Positions 37,643-47,260 of a stretch of DNA of 64,000 nucleotides are shown here, piece after piece. The position numbers and the translations under genes were made by a program. Each line of letters begins with the position of its first letter. Positions within the stretch are counted from its first letter, which is position 1. This DNA is from an uncultured Thermoanaerobaculia bacterium (lineage in GTDB: Bacteria > Acidobacteriota > Thermoanaerobaculia > Multivoradales > Multivoraceae). The notes beneath the pieces are model-generated. The model was not told the DNA's origin, made no database searches, and saw only the letters and a program-made list of their open reading frames with translations. Where the stretch lies: positions 3,198,859 through 3,262,858 of the forward strand of contig OX638294.1 of the NCBI GenBank assembly GCA_951812325.1, written 5' to 3'.

Positions 37643-38719
37643 CTAGCTGGCAGCCGCCGCCCGGTCGCCGGACTCGGCGGCGACGATCGGCGGCAGTCCC
37701 ATCTCGGTGCGCAGGTGGGCTTCGATCTCGTCGGCGAGGTCGGCGTTGTCACGGAGGAACTGCTTCGCGTTCTCGCGGCCCTGGCCGAGCCGGACGTCGC
37801 CGGCCGAGAACCAGGCGCCGCTCTTCGTGACGCGCTTGTGCTGGACGCCCAGGTCGATCAGTTCGCCGACCCGGGAGATGCCCTCGCCGTAGTCGATGTC
37901 GAACTCGGCGAGCCGGAACGGCGGCGCGACCTTGTTCTTGACCACCTTGATCCGCACCCGCGAGCCAACCACCTGGTCGCCGTCCTTCAGGGCGCCGATG
38001 CGCCGGATGTCGATGCGGACGGAAGAGTAGAACTTGAGCGCCCGGCCGCCCGTCGTCGTCTCGGGCGAGCCGAACATGACGCCGATCTTCTCGCGGATCT
38101 GGTTGATGAACACGACGGTCGTCCGTGACCTGGAGATGATGGCGGTCAACTTCCGGAGCGCCTGGGACATGAGGCGGGCCTGGAGGCCGACGTGGGAGTC
38201 GCCCATCTCGCCTTCCAGTTCGGCCCGCGGCACGAGGGCGGCAACCGAGTCGATCACCACGATGTCGAGCGCGTTCGAGCGCACCAGCATCTCGGCGATC
38301 TCCAGAGCCTGTTCGCCGCTGTCCGGCTGCGAGACCAGGAGGTCGTCGATGTTCACGCCGATCTTCTCGGCGTACTCGGCATCCAGCGCGTGCTCCGCGT
38401 CGATGAAGGCCGCCGCGCCGCCGGTGCGCTGCGCCTGTCCGACGACCGACAGGGCGAGGGTCGTCTTGCCGCTCGATTCCGGACCGTACACTTCGACGAC
38501 GCGGCCGCGCGGGAAGCCGCCGGTGCCGATGGCGTGGTCGACGGCCAGCGATCCGGTCGAGATCGATTCGACGCCGAGGTTCTCCTGTTCGCCGAGGCGC
38601 ATGATCGCGCCTTTTCCGAACTGGCGTTCGATCTGGGTGAGTGCGCCTGCGATGCCTTCCTTGCGGGCGTCCTTGCGGGCGCCTCGCTGCGTGCGTGCCT
38701 TTGCGCGGGTCGGGGTCAT
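37643..38719 (-). CDS. recA: Recombinase RecA
   Basis: Internal ATG (MTPTRAKA...) with GAGGAAA RBS. Walker [13 protein letters not shown], and [28 protein letters not shown]. The Arg-rich N-terminal extension in the track is rejected. Confidence 0.95.
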   Translation of the reverse strand: MTPTRAKARTQRGARKDARKEGIAGALTQIERQFGKGAIMRLGEQENLGVESISTGSLAVDHAIGTGGFPRGRVVEVYGPESSGKTTLALSVVGQAQRTGGAAAFIDAEHALDAEYAEKIGVNIDDLLVSQPDSGEQALEIAEMLVRSNALDIVVIDSVAALVPRAELEGEMGDSHVGLQARLMSQALRKLTAIISRSRTTVVFINQIREKIGVMFGSPETTTGGRALKFYSSVRIDIRRIGALKDGDQVVGSRVRIKVVKNKVAPPFRLAEFDIDYGEGISRVGELIDLGVQHKRVTKSGAWFSAGDVRLGQGRENAKQFLRDNADLADEIEAHLRTEMGLPPIVAAESGDRAAAAS

Positions 38720-38821
38720 GAGTTCGGTTTCCTCTCTTCTTTGCTGTGGCGCGTTGGCGATGTCCGGCCGGGTTCGGGTGGTCCGCGCCGTCGGGGGGAG
38801 ACTGGATCGGTTCCGGCGGCG

Positions 38822-39940
38822 ATGCCGCAGGACGTGCGTGGCTATACTTCCTCGCGACCGATGCGGCGCTCCCCTCGATCGTCGGACGGTGGGACAGAAG
38901 GGACCTGGCCGCTGCGGACGCTCGGCGACGTGGCGCAGGACAACGTGACAGCCGACATCGACAAGGGCGCGGCCAGCGTATTGCAGCCCCCCGCGGGCGT
39001 CAACCGCGAGGCTCGCGAACGGCTCGCCGCGACTGCGGGCATCGAAGTTCACGAGAGGGTTCGGCTGGCCTCCGTGACGACACTGCGGATCGGCGGTCCG
39101 GCGGATCTCCTCGTCCGGGTCGATTCCGAGGCGGCGCTCAGCGAGGTGATGGAAGTCGCCAGGGGGTGCGGGGCTGCGCTCCATCTGCTTGGCCACGGCT
39201 CGAACGTCCTGTTTCCCGACGCCGGGATCCGGGGCATCGTCTGCCGCCTGCGCGGTGAACTCGGGGTCGTCGAGGTGGAGGGCGAAACGGTGCGTGCCGG
39301 CGCCGGCGTCACGCTCGCCCGGCTGGCGCGGGATACGGCGAAGCAGGGTCTGCTTGGACTCGAGGCCCTGTCCGGGTTCCCGTCGACGGTGGGCGGCGCC
39401 GTGGTGATGAACGCCGGCTGCTACGGCACCGAGATACGCGACGTTCTCACCGAGGTTCGCGTGGCCCGGCCGGGACGACCGGTCGAGTCGCTGCCGGTCG
39501 CCCGGCTCGAGCCGGGCTACCGGACGACGAATCTGCAGGGAACGGACGCCGTCGTCACGGGGGCGGAGTTCCGGCTCCGGCGCGGGGCCGGCGCTCCGGC
39601 GCTAGCACGAATCGACGAACTGAACCGGCGGCGCTGGCAGAGCCTGCCGTCCGGCAAGCCGAACGCCGGCTCCGTGTTCCGCAATCCGGGGGACGACCAC
39701 GCGGGTCGACTGATCGAAGTCTGCGGCCTGAAGGGCCTGCGCCGTGGCGGCGCAGAGATCAGCGGACGCCACGCGAACGTGATCGTCAACCGGGACAAGG
39801 CATCGGCCGCGGACGTGCTCGATCTGATGGTGGCCGCGCACCGGGCGGTGGGAGAGCGGTTCGGGGTCGAACTGCGGCCCGAGATCGTGCTTCCCGGCGG
39901 CCTGGCCGAGGAGTTCTGGCGCCGCGCCCGTTGCGGGTGA
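38822..39940 (+). CDS. murB: UDP-N-acetylenolpyruvoylglucosamine reductase MurB
   Basis: FAD-binding N-terminal region ([22 protein letters not shown]) and the MurB C-terminal domain. Start uncertain (38822 ATG gives about 60 extra N-terminal residues). The track ORF start at 38192 is rejected. Confidence 0.8.
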   Translation: MPQDVRGYTSSRPMRRSPRSSDGGTEGTWPLRTLGDVAQDNVTADIDKGAASVLQPPAGVNREARERLAATAGIEVHERVRLASVTTLRIGGPADLLVRVDSEAALSEVMEVARGCGAALHLLGHGSNVLFPDAGIRGIVCRLRGELGVVEVEGETVRAGAGVTLARLARDTAKQGLLGLEALSGFPSTVGGAVVMNAGCYGTEIRDVLTEVRVARPGRPVESLPVARLEPGYRTTNLQGTDAVVTGAEFRLRRGAGAPALARIDELNRRRWQSLPSGKPNAGSVFRNPGDDHAGRLIEVCGLKGLRRGGAEISGRHANVIVNRDKASAADVLDLMVAAHRAVGERFGVELRPEIVLPGGLAEEFWRRARCG

Positions 39941-40020
39941 CGGGCGCCGCAGGGCGGCGCGACAGGTTATCCTCGGAGCTGGACGCGAGACGAGGGCTGA
40001 CGGAAAGAAGGGGAGACACG

Positions 40021-40605
40021 ATGAATGGGAGTGTGAATCGAACGGCGTGGGCTCGGCAGGACGTCATGGCGGCGCTCATCGCGGCCATCGCGCTGCTCGC
40101 ATCGGCTTGCGGCGGCGGCGGCGGTGTGGCGGATGCGCGGGCCGGTTTCATTGCGCAGATACAGTCGTTCACGGTTCAGAGCCCGCCTGCCGCCGGGGTG
40201 ATGGCAGCCGACGAGGCCGACGCGGAGGCGGAGGGAGAAGCCGATGCGCAGGCGGAACCGGAACCGGAAGTGGAAGCGGAAGCCGAAGCCGAAGCCGAAG
40301 CGGACATGCCCGCCGAGTCCGCCCTGGTCCACGTGATGCTCGACATCCTGGTTCACAATGAAGGGTCCGGCACGCTCGACGGCATCACGGTCGACCTGAC
40401 GATCGCCGACCCGGACGGCGTGGAGAAGGAACGGCGGTTGATCTGGATCGAAACCGCGGGTCTCACCAAGGGTTCCCAATCGCAGGTCGTCCACGAATTG
40501 CACGACCTTGACTACACCGAGGGCGACGGCTTCCACGTCGAGGTCCGGCACCCGATCCCGATGGAAGAGCGCGGCGACTACCGCGAGTTCGACGCCGAGA
40601 GCTAG
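40021..40605 (+). CDS. Acidic lipoprotein with (EA)n low-complexity tract
   Basis: Internal ATG with AAGGGGAGA RBS. Lipobox LLASAC. Run of EAEAEAEAEAEA. Confidence 0.55.
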   Translation: MNGSVNRTAWARQDVMAALIAAIALLASACGGGGGVADARAGFIAQIQSFTVQSPPAAGVMAADEADAEAEGEADAQAEPEPEVEAEAEAEAEADMPAESALVHVMLDILVHNEGSGTLDGITVDLTIADPDGVEKERRLIWIETAGLTKGSQSQVVHELHDLDYTEGDGFHVEVRHPIPMEERGDYREFDAES

Positions 40606-41999
40606 CGGCACTCCGCCGACATCACCTCGGACTCGATGATCACGCCGCAGATGTGGCTCGTGTATTCGAACGGGTCGCCGTCGAAGAGAGCGAGGTCGGC
40701 GTCCTTGCCGACTTCGATCGAGCCGACGCGGTCGTCGATGCCGAGAATGCGGGCGGGGCTCAGGGTGACGGCTTCCAGGGCGCGTTCGAGCCCCAGGCCG
40801 TTGGCGGCGGCGATCGCGGCCTCCCATAGCAGGACCCGGGTCTTGGGGACGTAGCCCTCGAAGCCGGTCTGGATGGCGAACGGGATGCCGGCGTCGGCGA
40901 GCGCGGCGGCGGTCTCCCAGGAGCCGTTGCGGACCCGGCTCATCGTCGGGTGGAGCAGGACCGGCACGCCGGCCTCGCGGATCTCGTCGATCAGCAGGTA
41001 GGCCTCGGCGGCACTGTCGAGCACCAGGTCGAATCCGAACTCTTCCTGCAGCCGGAGCGCCGAGGCCATCTCGGCCACCGTGTTCGCGGTCACCAGCAGG
41101 GAGATCTCGCCGCTCAGGACCTGGCCGAGTGCTTCGCTGGACAGGTCTCGGGGCGGCGGCTGGGGCGTGGAACCGGCGTCACCGTCCTCCTCCTCGTCGC
41201 CGGCCTCGCGTTCGCCGTTCTCGCCGCGTTCGGCTTCCTCCGCCTCGCGCACCTGGTCCAGGTACTCCCGGGCGCCGTGCAGGGCGTTCCGCAGCATCGC
41301 GATTCCCTTGGCGGAGGTCCCGGGCGACTGGAAGTTCGATGACACGGCATTGCCGAGCGTCGCGGCCAGCATCCGCACAGGCATCAGCGCGGCCTGCTCG
41401 ACGTTGCGGCCCCTGGTCTTGGCGATCATCGTCTGGCCGCTGATGAGGGCCCCCGGCCCGTGGCCCGTGTGGAGCGTCGTGACTCCGTACGAGCGGACCC
41501 ACTCGACCAGGGTCTCGTTCGCGTCGTAGGCGTCGATCGCCCGCAGGTCGGGCTGGAGCGGCGAGGACCGTTCGAGCTGGTCCTGGTCTCGCACCGGTCC
41601 GACGTTGCTGTTCAGAGCGCCGGAGAGACCGACGACCGAGCGGGCGTCGACGAGTCCGGGCGTCACGACGGCGGCTTCGAGCACCTCCACGCCTTCGGGA
41701 ATGTCCGCCTCCGCCGCGGGGCCGACCCATTCGATCCTGCCGTCCGCGCCGGCGATGACCACGGCGTTCTCGATCGGGGCGCCGGATACGGCATGGAGGG
41801 TGCCGGCCCGCACGGCCACCTGGGCCGCGGCCGGGATGGCGGCGAGGGCGGCCAGAGCCGTCAGGACGGCGGCCGCCGGGCGTGTTCGCGGCGTGTTCGC
41901 CGCCCGGTGGCGCAGGGAACGCCGGGCATGCGAATGCGGGCAGGAGGCCTGCCCTTCCAGGGGGCGGAATCCGTTCCATCCAGGCGCCGGGCGCTTCAT
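40602..41999 (-). CDS. Amidohydrolase-family metal-dependent hydrolase (paralog 1)
   Basis: 465 aa. Signal peptide and amidohydrolase fold (TGHGPG..., C-terminal KDADLALFDGDP). Start overlaps the upstream stop (ATGA). Confidence 0.7.
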   Translation of the reverse strand: MKRPAPGWNGFRPLEGQASCPHSHARRSLRHRAANTPRTRPAAAVLTALAALAAIPAAAQVAVRAGTLHAVSGAPIENAVVIAGADGRIEWVGPAAEADIPEGVEVLEAAVVTPGLVDARSVVGLSGALNSNVGPVRDQDQLERSSPLQPDLRAIDAYDANETLVEWVRSYGVTTLHTGHGPGALISGQTMIAKTRGRNVEQAALMPVRMLAATLGNAVSSNFQSPGTSAKGIAMLRNALHGAREYLDQVREAEEAERGENGEREAGDEEEDGDAGSTPQPPPRDLSSEALGQVLSGEISLLVTANTVAEMASALRLQEEFGFDLVLDSAAEAYLLIDEIREAGVPVLLHPTMSRVRNGSWETAAALADAGIPFAIQTGFEGYVPKTRVLLWEAAIAAANGLGLERALEAVTLSPARILGIDDRVGSIEVGKDADLALFDGDPFEYTSHICGVIIESEVMSAECR

Positions 42000-43354
42000 C
42001 GTGTTTCTCCCTCCAGCAACTGCCGAATCGCGTGGTCTTCATCGGCCGTGGTGCGGTAGACCTTGTAGCCGCCCACCGCGTACCTGCGGTGGTCGGGATT
42101 GGCCCGGTCGTAGATCATCGTCCCTTCGACCCAGGTCTGCTCGACCTTCGTGTAGGTGCTCAGTGGATCGCCCGAGAGGACGACGAAGTCGGCGTCCTTG
42201 CCGGCTTCCAGCGAACCGATGCGGTCCTCGAGCCCGAGCATCCGCGCCGGCGCCAGGGTGAGACCCTCGATCGCCTTCTCGCGCGACATGCCGTAGCGGA
42301 CCGCGATCGCGGCCGCCCGGAACAGGAGGCGCGAGTCGGTTACCGAGTCGTCCGTGTTGAAGGCGACGTCGACGCCGGCGCGCTCCAGGATCGCACCCGT
42401 CTCCATGTTCCAGTCGATCGTCTCCTCCTTGCCGCCCGGAGCGTCGATCCAGGTGATCGACACCGGGACGCCGGCCGCAGCGAGTTCCTCCGCGACCTTC
42501 CAGGACTCGGTTCCGTGCTGGACGACGACCCGGAACCCGAACTCCTCCCTGAGCCGCAGGACGGTCGCGATGTCGTTGTGGCGGTGGGTGTGATGCTGCA
42601 CGATCCTCCTGCCGTCGAGCACCTCGACCAGGGCCTCCATCCGCAGGTCGCGCTTCGCCGCCTCGCCGCCGTCCTGATTGTCCTCATCGTCCTCATCGTC
42701 CTCGGCAGCGGCCATCTTCTCGCGGTACTCCAGGGCCTCGTGGTACAGGTTGCGGACCAGGGCCGCGGACTTGGCGCGCGTGCCGGGAAAGGGCGGCGAG
42801 CCGATCGAGTTCGTGCCGTTCGCCATCTTCATGCCGCCGCAGATGCCGTGGATCGGATCGTCGCAGTAGAGCCAGTCCTCGATCGTGCGGGCGCCGTCGC
42901 GCAGCTTGACGTAGGCGGTCTGTCCGGACATCAGGTGGCCGGAGCCCGACATGATGTTGAGTGTCGTGATGCCGCCGCTTCGGGCCCGCCAGACGCTGTC
43001 GGCGGCGATGTCGATCGAGTCGAGGTTGCGCACGTCCGGGTGGAGCGGCGCCGACCGGTCGCCGCCGGATACCGAGCCGACGTGGGAGTGGGTGTCGACC
43101 AGGCCCGGCATCAGCACCTTGCCGGTCACGTCGTGCTCGACGGCGCCCCGGGGCGGGCGGGTCCGGGGTCCGCCGATCTCCGTGATCCTGCCGCCCTGGA
43201 CGACCAGGACGCCGGATTCGATCGGCGGCCCGGCGATCGGCAGCAGCCGGGCGCCGCGGAAGACGTGGGGGTCGTCCTGTGCGGTTGCCGGCAGCGCGAT
43301 CAACGCGGTCACCAGGCCGAGGGTGAACGGGCGCGGACGTTTTCTCATCTTCAT
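41996..43354 (-). CDS. Amidohydrolase-family metal-dependent hydrolase (paralog 2)
   Basis: Internal start MKMRKRPRPF... HSHVG metal-binding motif and C-terminal KDADFVVLSGDP. The upstream Arg-rich part of the ORF is rejected. Confidence 0.7.
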   Translation of the reverse strand: MKMRKRPRPFTLGLVTALIALPATAQDDPHVFRGARLLPIAGPPIESGVLVVQGGRITEIGGPRTRPPRGAVEHDVTGKVLMPGLVDTHSHVGSVSGGDRSAPLHPDVRNLDSIDIAADSVWRARSGGITTLNIMSGSGHLMSGQTAYVKLRDGARTIEDWLYCDDPIHGICGGMKMANGTNSIGSPPFPGTRAKSAALVRNLYHEALEYREKMAAAEDDEDDEDNQDGGEAAKRDLRMEALVEVLDGRRIVQHHTHRHNDIATVLRLREEFGFRVVVQHGTESWKVAEELAAAGVPVSITWIDAPGGKEETIDWNMETGAILERAGVDVAFNTDDSVTDSRLLFRAAAIAVRYGMSREKAIEGLTLAPARMLGLEDRIGSLEAGKDADFVVLSGDPLSTYTKVEQTWVEGTMIYDRANPDHRRYAVGGYKVYRTTADEDHAIRQLLEGETR

Positions 43355-44604
43355 GCAGGTTCCTTGAAGGGTGGGACTGCCCGGCTCCGGGAGCTGCGCC
43401 GCGGAACGCTGCGGAGCGGGCGGCGCGGCGCGAGCTCCTGATGGCTCTCTGCCACGGACTGCTGGCGCCGGAACGACGGGTCGAGGTGGATGCGATACAA
43501 CGCTTCGCGCGGGCGGTCGCCGTTTCGACTGCCGCCCCAGAGCACGTGGACGGCGATCCGGTCGCCCTCCGGACTCCAGGCCAGGTCGCCGACGTAGGTG
43601 TGGCCGAGGCTGTGCCCGGAGGTCGGGTCGTTGAAGAACGTGAGCCGGCGCTTGTTCGAGCCGTCCGCATCCATCAGCCACAGCTCGCGCCGGGCGCCGG
43701 GCGGCACGATCTGGTCGGGCTCGGTACCGCGAATCCCGGCGTTCGAGGTGAAGACGAGGTGGCGGCCGGTAGGCGAGAGGCGGACGTACTCGTCGGCGCC
43801 GTCCCGGGAATGGGTCAGACGTTCGGGCTCGCCGCCGTCCAGGCGCAGCCGGTAGAGGTCGAGCGTGTCGGGCGACTGTCCGGGTTCGAGGTTCGCCGCG
43901 ACCAGGGCGCCGCGGTCGTCGGGGGTGAAGCCCTGGGGGACGATCAGCGCGTCGACCGGCGCCGGGTACGTCCTGATCCTGCGCAGCCTGGCGATGCCGC
44001 TGCGGTTGACCTGGAACCGGGCGCTGCGTAGTTGCCAGGCGCCGTAGCGCCCCTTGCGCGCCTTGATCCGCTCGCTCCACAGCAGCCGGTCGCCGTCGAA
44101 GGCGAAGTGGGGGTCAAGCACCGCGGCGCCGCTTGCCGCGAACCGGGTGAGCAGGGTGAAGTGCTCGCCCTTGCGGTCGATGTCGTAGAGCTCGCTGTGG
44201 ACGCCCCGGTCGGGGGTCAGGAGTTGCAACGGATCGGCCACGAACCGGAGCCGCTTAGGGCGGCTCTGGACCTGCACGACGAGCCGGTCGCCCGAGGGGT
44301 GCCACACCGGGTTCATCGCGTTGTCCTTGCGCAGCGCGTACATGTCGCAGGTCAGGCAGCGCTCCGCCGGGAGGTCCGTGGAGGTGATGTAGACGTCGTA
44401 GCGGCCGTCTTCTCCAGCCTTGTCGTAGGCCAGCCAGTCGCCCTGGCGGGACCAGTCGACGCGGGCGCCGCCGTCGATCCAGCGTTCGATGCCGAGAACC
44501 GGGCCGGACTCCGGATCGGCAGCCGGCGCCGGCGCGGTCAGGCCGACGAGCAGGAGGCATGCCGCCGCCTGGACCGGGCGCCGGCGCAGAGGAAGATCCG
44601 CCAT
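43351..44604 (-). CDS. TolB-like WD40 beta-propeller protein, secreted
   Basis: 417 aa. Signal peptide. Repeated PVWHPSGDRL / LAWSPEGDRI blade motifs. Confidence 0.65.
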   Translation of the reverse strand: MADLPLRRRPVQAAACLLLVGLTAPAPAADPESGPVLGIERWIDGGARVDWSRQGDWLAYDKAGEDGRYDVYITSTDLPAERCLTCDMYALRKDNAMNPVWHPSGDRLVVQVQSRPKRLRFVADPLQLLTPDRGVHSELYDIDRKGEHFTLLTRFAASGAAVLDPHFAFDGDRLLWSERIKARKGRYGAWQLRSARFQVNRSGIARLRRIRTYPAPVDALIVPQGFTPDDRGALVAANLEPGQSPDTLDLYRLRLDGGEPERLTHSRDGADEYVRLSPTGRHLVFTSNAGIRGTEPDQIVPPGARRELWLMDADGSNKRRLTFFNDPTSGHSLGHTYVGDLAWSPEGDRIAVHVLWGGSRNGDRPREALYRIHLDPSFRRQQSVAESHQELAPRRPLRSVPRRSSRSRAVPPFKEPA

Positions 44605-44804
44605 CGCGGGAAGGCTACCAGCGGCAGGCGCGGTCGCCGGTCAGAGTCTCCGTGCTGGCGACGGCGGGTTCGGGCCGGCCTCGAGCCGGGGAGCAGGGGG
44701 CGACCGAGGAGCAGGATCCGATCTCCGGGCGCCTTGGGGAGAACCCGGCCCCTCGGCGCCCTCGCGGGGGCGCCGATGCGGGCGGTGGTCGGACGCTTGA
44801 CAAC

Positions 44805-45962
44805 ATGGCGACTGCTAGCGTCTTCTCCGAGATGGCCAACGACACCGGATCCCGGCCGCGGGCGGGCCTCGCCGTTCCGGTGCTCCTCGCGCTCTGGATC
44901 GTTGGTTCGGCGCCGTTTCTGGGTCGGCTGCAACGGTGGGTTCAGGAGGTGGATCGCTCCCTCCTCGTGATCGTGCCGACAATCCTGTTCTGGGCTGCGG
45001 CCGCTGCGTTCGCGGTCCGGGTGGTTCGCGTCGCGAAGCGGCTGCCGTGGACGAACTACGGCGTGCTTGCCGTCGGGGCGGTCTGGGCCGCGGTGCAGGC
45101 GACGGCCATGGCCCGGGGGCGGCCCGAGGAGTCGGCGCTCGAACGGATGCATCTGGTTCTCTACGGGCTCCTCGCGTTGCTGCTCTACCGCGCCCTCCTC
45201 CGCCGCGGCCGGTCGGCCGTCGCGGCCGCGTTCGCCGCCGCCGTTCTGGCCTCGCTGGTCGGCGTCGCGGACGAGTTCGTGCAGTGGCTGGTCTGGCTCC
45301 GGGTGGGCGACTTCCATGATTGCCTCCTGAACGCGTCCGCCGCCGGCTGCGGAGCGATCTTCGGCGCCGGCCTGTTCGGATTCGATACCCGGGCGCCCGC
45401 CCTGGCGGAACGGCGGACGATCGCCGCACTCTGGGCCGTCCTCGTCATCTCTTCGTTCGGACTCCTGGATCTGACGAACCTCGGTCACCGGATCGTCGAC
45501 GCGGAGATGGGCCGCTTCCGCAGCCACTACAGCGCCGATCGGCTGGAGCGCCTGAACGAGAACCGGCGCGAGCGCTGGGCCGCGAAACTGCCGCCGATGA
45601 CCCTCCAGCCCTGGCACATCGAGGACCACTTCCAGTCCGAGGCCGCCTGGCACGTCCAGGCCCGCAACGAAGCGTACGATGCCGGGGACTGGCCCGCCGC
45701 CGCCGCCGAAGAGGCGATCCTGAACCGCTACTACCCGGCCGCGCTCGAACTCCGGACGCCCGAGGGCCGGCTTCGCTACGCCTTTTCTCCGGAGAGAGTG
45801 CAGCGCCTCCAACAGGAAGGCGCCGTCCCCGTTCCCGCCTACGAAAGTCCCGCCGGCGGCAACCGCATCCGGATCTGGCCCCGCTTCCTCGCGCCCGCCC
45901 TGCTTCTGGCCGCACTCATCCCCGGTGTTCTCCCCGCCCTGTCCCGGAGCCGAAGCGGATGA
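44805..45962 (+). CDS. VanZ-like family membrane protein
   Basis: Internal ATG (MATASVFSE...). VanZ-like motif ASLVGVADEFVQWLVWLRVGDFHDCLLNASAAG. Confidence 0.55.
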   Translation: MATASVFSEMANDTGSRPRAGLAVPVLLALWIVGSAPFLGRLQRWVQEVDRSLLVIVPTILFWAAAAAFAVRVVRVAKRLPWTNYGVLAVGAVWAAVQATAMARGRPEESALERMHLVLYGLLALLLYRALLRRGRSAVAAAFAAAVLASLVGVADEFVQWLVWLRVGDFHDCLLNASAAGCGAIFGAGLFGFDTRAPALAERRTIAALWAVLVISSFGLLDLTNLGHRIVDAEMGRFRSHYSADRLERLNENRRERWAAKLPPMTLQPWHIEDHFQSEAAWHVQARNEAYDAGDWPAAAAEEAILNRYYPAALELRTPEGRLRYAFSPERVQRLQQEGAVPVPAYESPAGGNRIRIWPRFLAPALLLAALIPGVLPALSRSRSG

Positions 45963-45988
45963 AGACCCTCCGGCGGGTGAGCGCCCCC

Positions 45989-47098
45989 TCAGTGGAACCC
46001 TTCGCGGGTCTCGGCGATCAGGCCGTCGACGACGGCGTTCATGTCGCCTTCCCTGGCCCGCTTCAACTGGCGGTCGGCGCTGGTGCCGTGGGCGAGGATC
46101 GTGTGGACGTACTCGGCTTCCCTGCGGATGCCGAGTTCGTCGAGCACGTCGTCCACGAAGTCCATCAACTCCAGGACCAGGAACCGTAGCGGCACTTCCT
46201 CGGCCTTGCCGAAGTCGATCAGCTTGCCGTCGATGCCGTACCGCATCGCCCGCCACTTGTTCTCGTAGAGCAGGTGGCGGGGGTAGCGGCGCCAGGCCTG
46301 GTTGTTGCGCCGCAGGCGGATCAGCTTGCCGACGATCGCCATGAACAGGGCCGTCAGGCACAGCGCCTCCTCGATCTTCGTGCAGACGTCGCAGACGCGG
46401 AACTCGATCGTCGGGAACCTGGGATGGGGCCGGACGTCCCACCAGATCTGGGTCGGCTCCTCGATGCATCTGGTCCGAACGAGAACGTTCACGAGCCGTT
46501 CGTACTCGGCGTAGGACCGGAGCGAGGGCGGCAGGCCGGAGCGGGGGAGGCTCTCGAAGACCACCGAGCGGTAGGACTTGAGCCCGGTGTCCCGCCCTTG
46601 CCAGAGCGGCGAACTCGTCGACAGCGCCAGCAGGTGAGGCAGGAAGTAGAGCGACTGGTCCATCACGTCGATGCGCAGGTCCTTGTCCGGCACGCCGACG
46701 TGGACGTGCATGCCGAAGATCAGCATGCGCCGGGCGACATCGCCGAAGTTCTCCTGCAGCTTGATGTAGCGCTGGGCCTCGGTGACATCCTGCTCCTGCC
46801 ATGAGGAGAAGGGATGGGTGCTGGCGGCGGCGATTCGCAGGCCGTTGCGGGACGCCAGGTGGGAAATCGATCGCCGCAGACGGATGAGCTCCTGGCGCGC
46901 CTCTCCGATCGTGCGGCAGACATCGCTGCCCACTTCGACCTGGCACTGCAACTGCTCCGCCTTGATCTGCTCCTGGAGAACGATCTGGCCCTGCTCGAGG
47001 AACTTCTGGATGAACGGTTTCAGCTCCCGACTCTCCGGGTCGACGATCTGGTATTCCTCTTCGATGCCGATCGTCAACTCGGGAAGCTTCGTCTGCAT
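45989..47098 (-). CDS. Carboxylate-amine ligase, GCS2 family (YbdK-like gamma-glutamyl:cysteine ligase)
   Basis: Internal start MQTKLPELTIGIEEEYQIVD with AGGAAG RBS. GCS2 signatures FGMHVHVGVPD and TIEFRVCD. The rest of the 830-aa track ORF is rejected. Confidence 0.85.
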   Translation of the reverse strand: MQTKLPELTIGIEEEYQIVDPESRELKPFIQKFLEQGQIVLQEQIKAEQLQCQVEVGSDVCRTIGEARQELIRLRRSISHLASRNGLRIAAASTHPFSSWQEQDVTEAQRYIKLQENFGDVARRMLIFGMHVHVGVPDKDLRIDVMDQSLYFLPHLLALSTSSPLWQGRDTGLKSYRSVVFESLPRSGLPPSLRSYAEYERLVNVLVRTRCIEEPTQIWWDVRPHPRFPTIEFRVCDVCTKIEEALCLTALFMAIVGKLIRLRRNNQAWRRYPRHLLYENKWRAMRYGIDGKLIDFGKAEEVPLRFLVLELMDFVDDVLDELGIRREAEYVHTILAHGTSADRQLKRAREGDMNAVVDGLIAETREGFH

Positions 47099-47260
47099 GG
47101 TCTTCCTGCTGCTCGGAGGGGGAAGCGTGTCTTCCTGCAAGCGCGGAGGCCGACCTGCGGACCGCGATCTCCCGCGGCGTCGATGCGTGGCTCGTCGGGC
47201 GCCCCGCGCGGAACAAGCGTATCCGGCCGGCGGCCGGTCGCTTGAACCGGTGCTCGGGAG

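Noticed and set aside
35965-37830. 621-aa ORF (+) and 37336..37752 (-), 37323..37586 (-)
   Set aside because: Antisense to the outer-membrane protein gene, or spanning the intergenic dispersed repeat. Arg-rich.
38720-38800. LexA box upstream of recA (GAAC-N7-GACA-like)
   Set aside because: Only a partial match to the alphaproteobacterial GAAC-N7-GAAC consensus. The taxon is unknown, so it is not called.
44538-47216. 892-aa ORF (-) and 45320..46189 (+)
   Set aside because: Overlap the VanZ-like and GCS2 genes. Arg/Pro composition.
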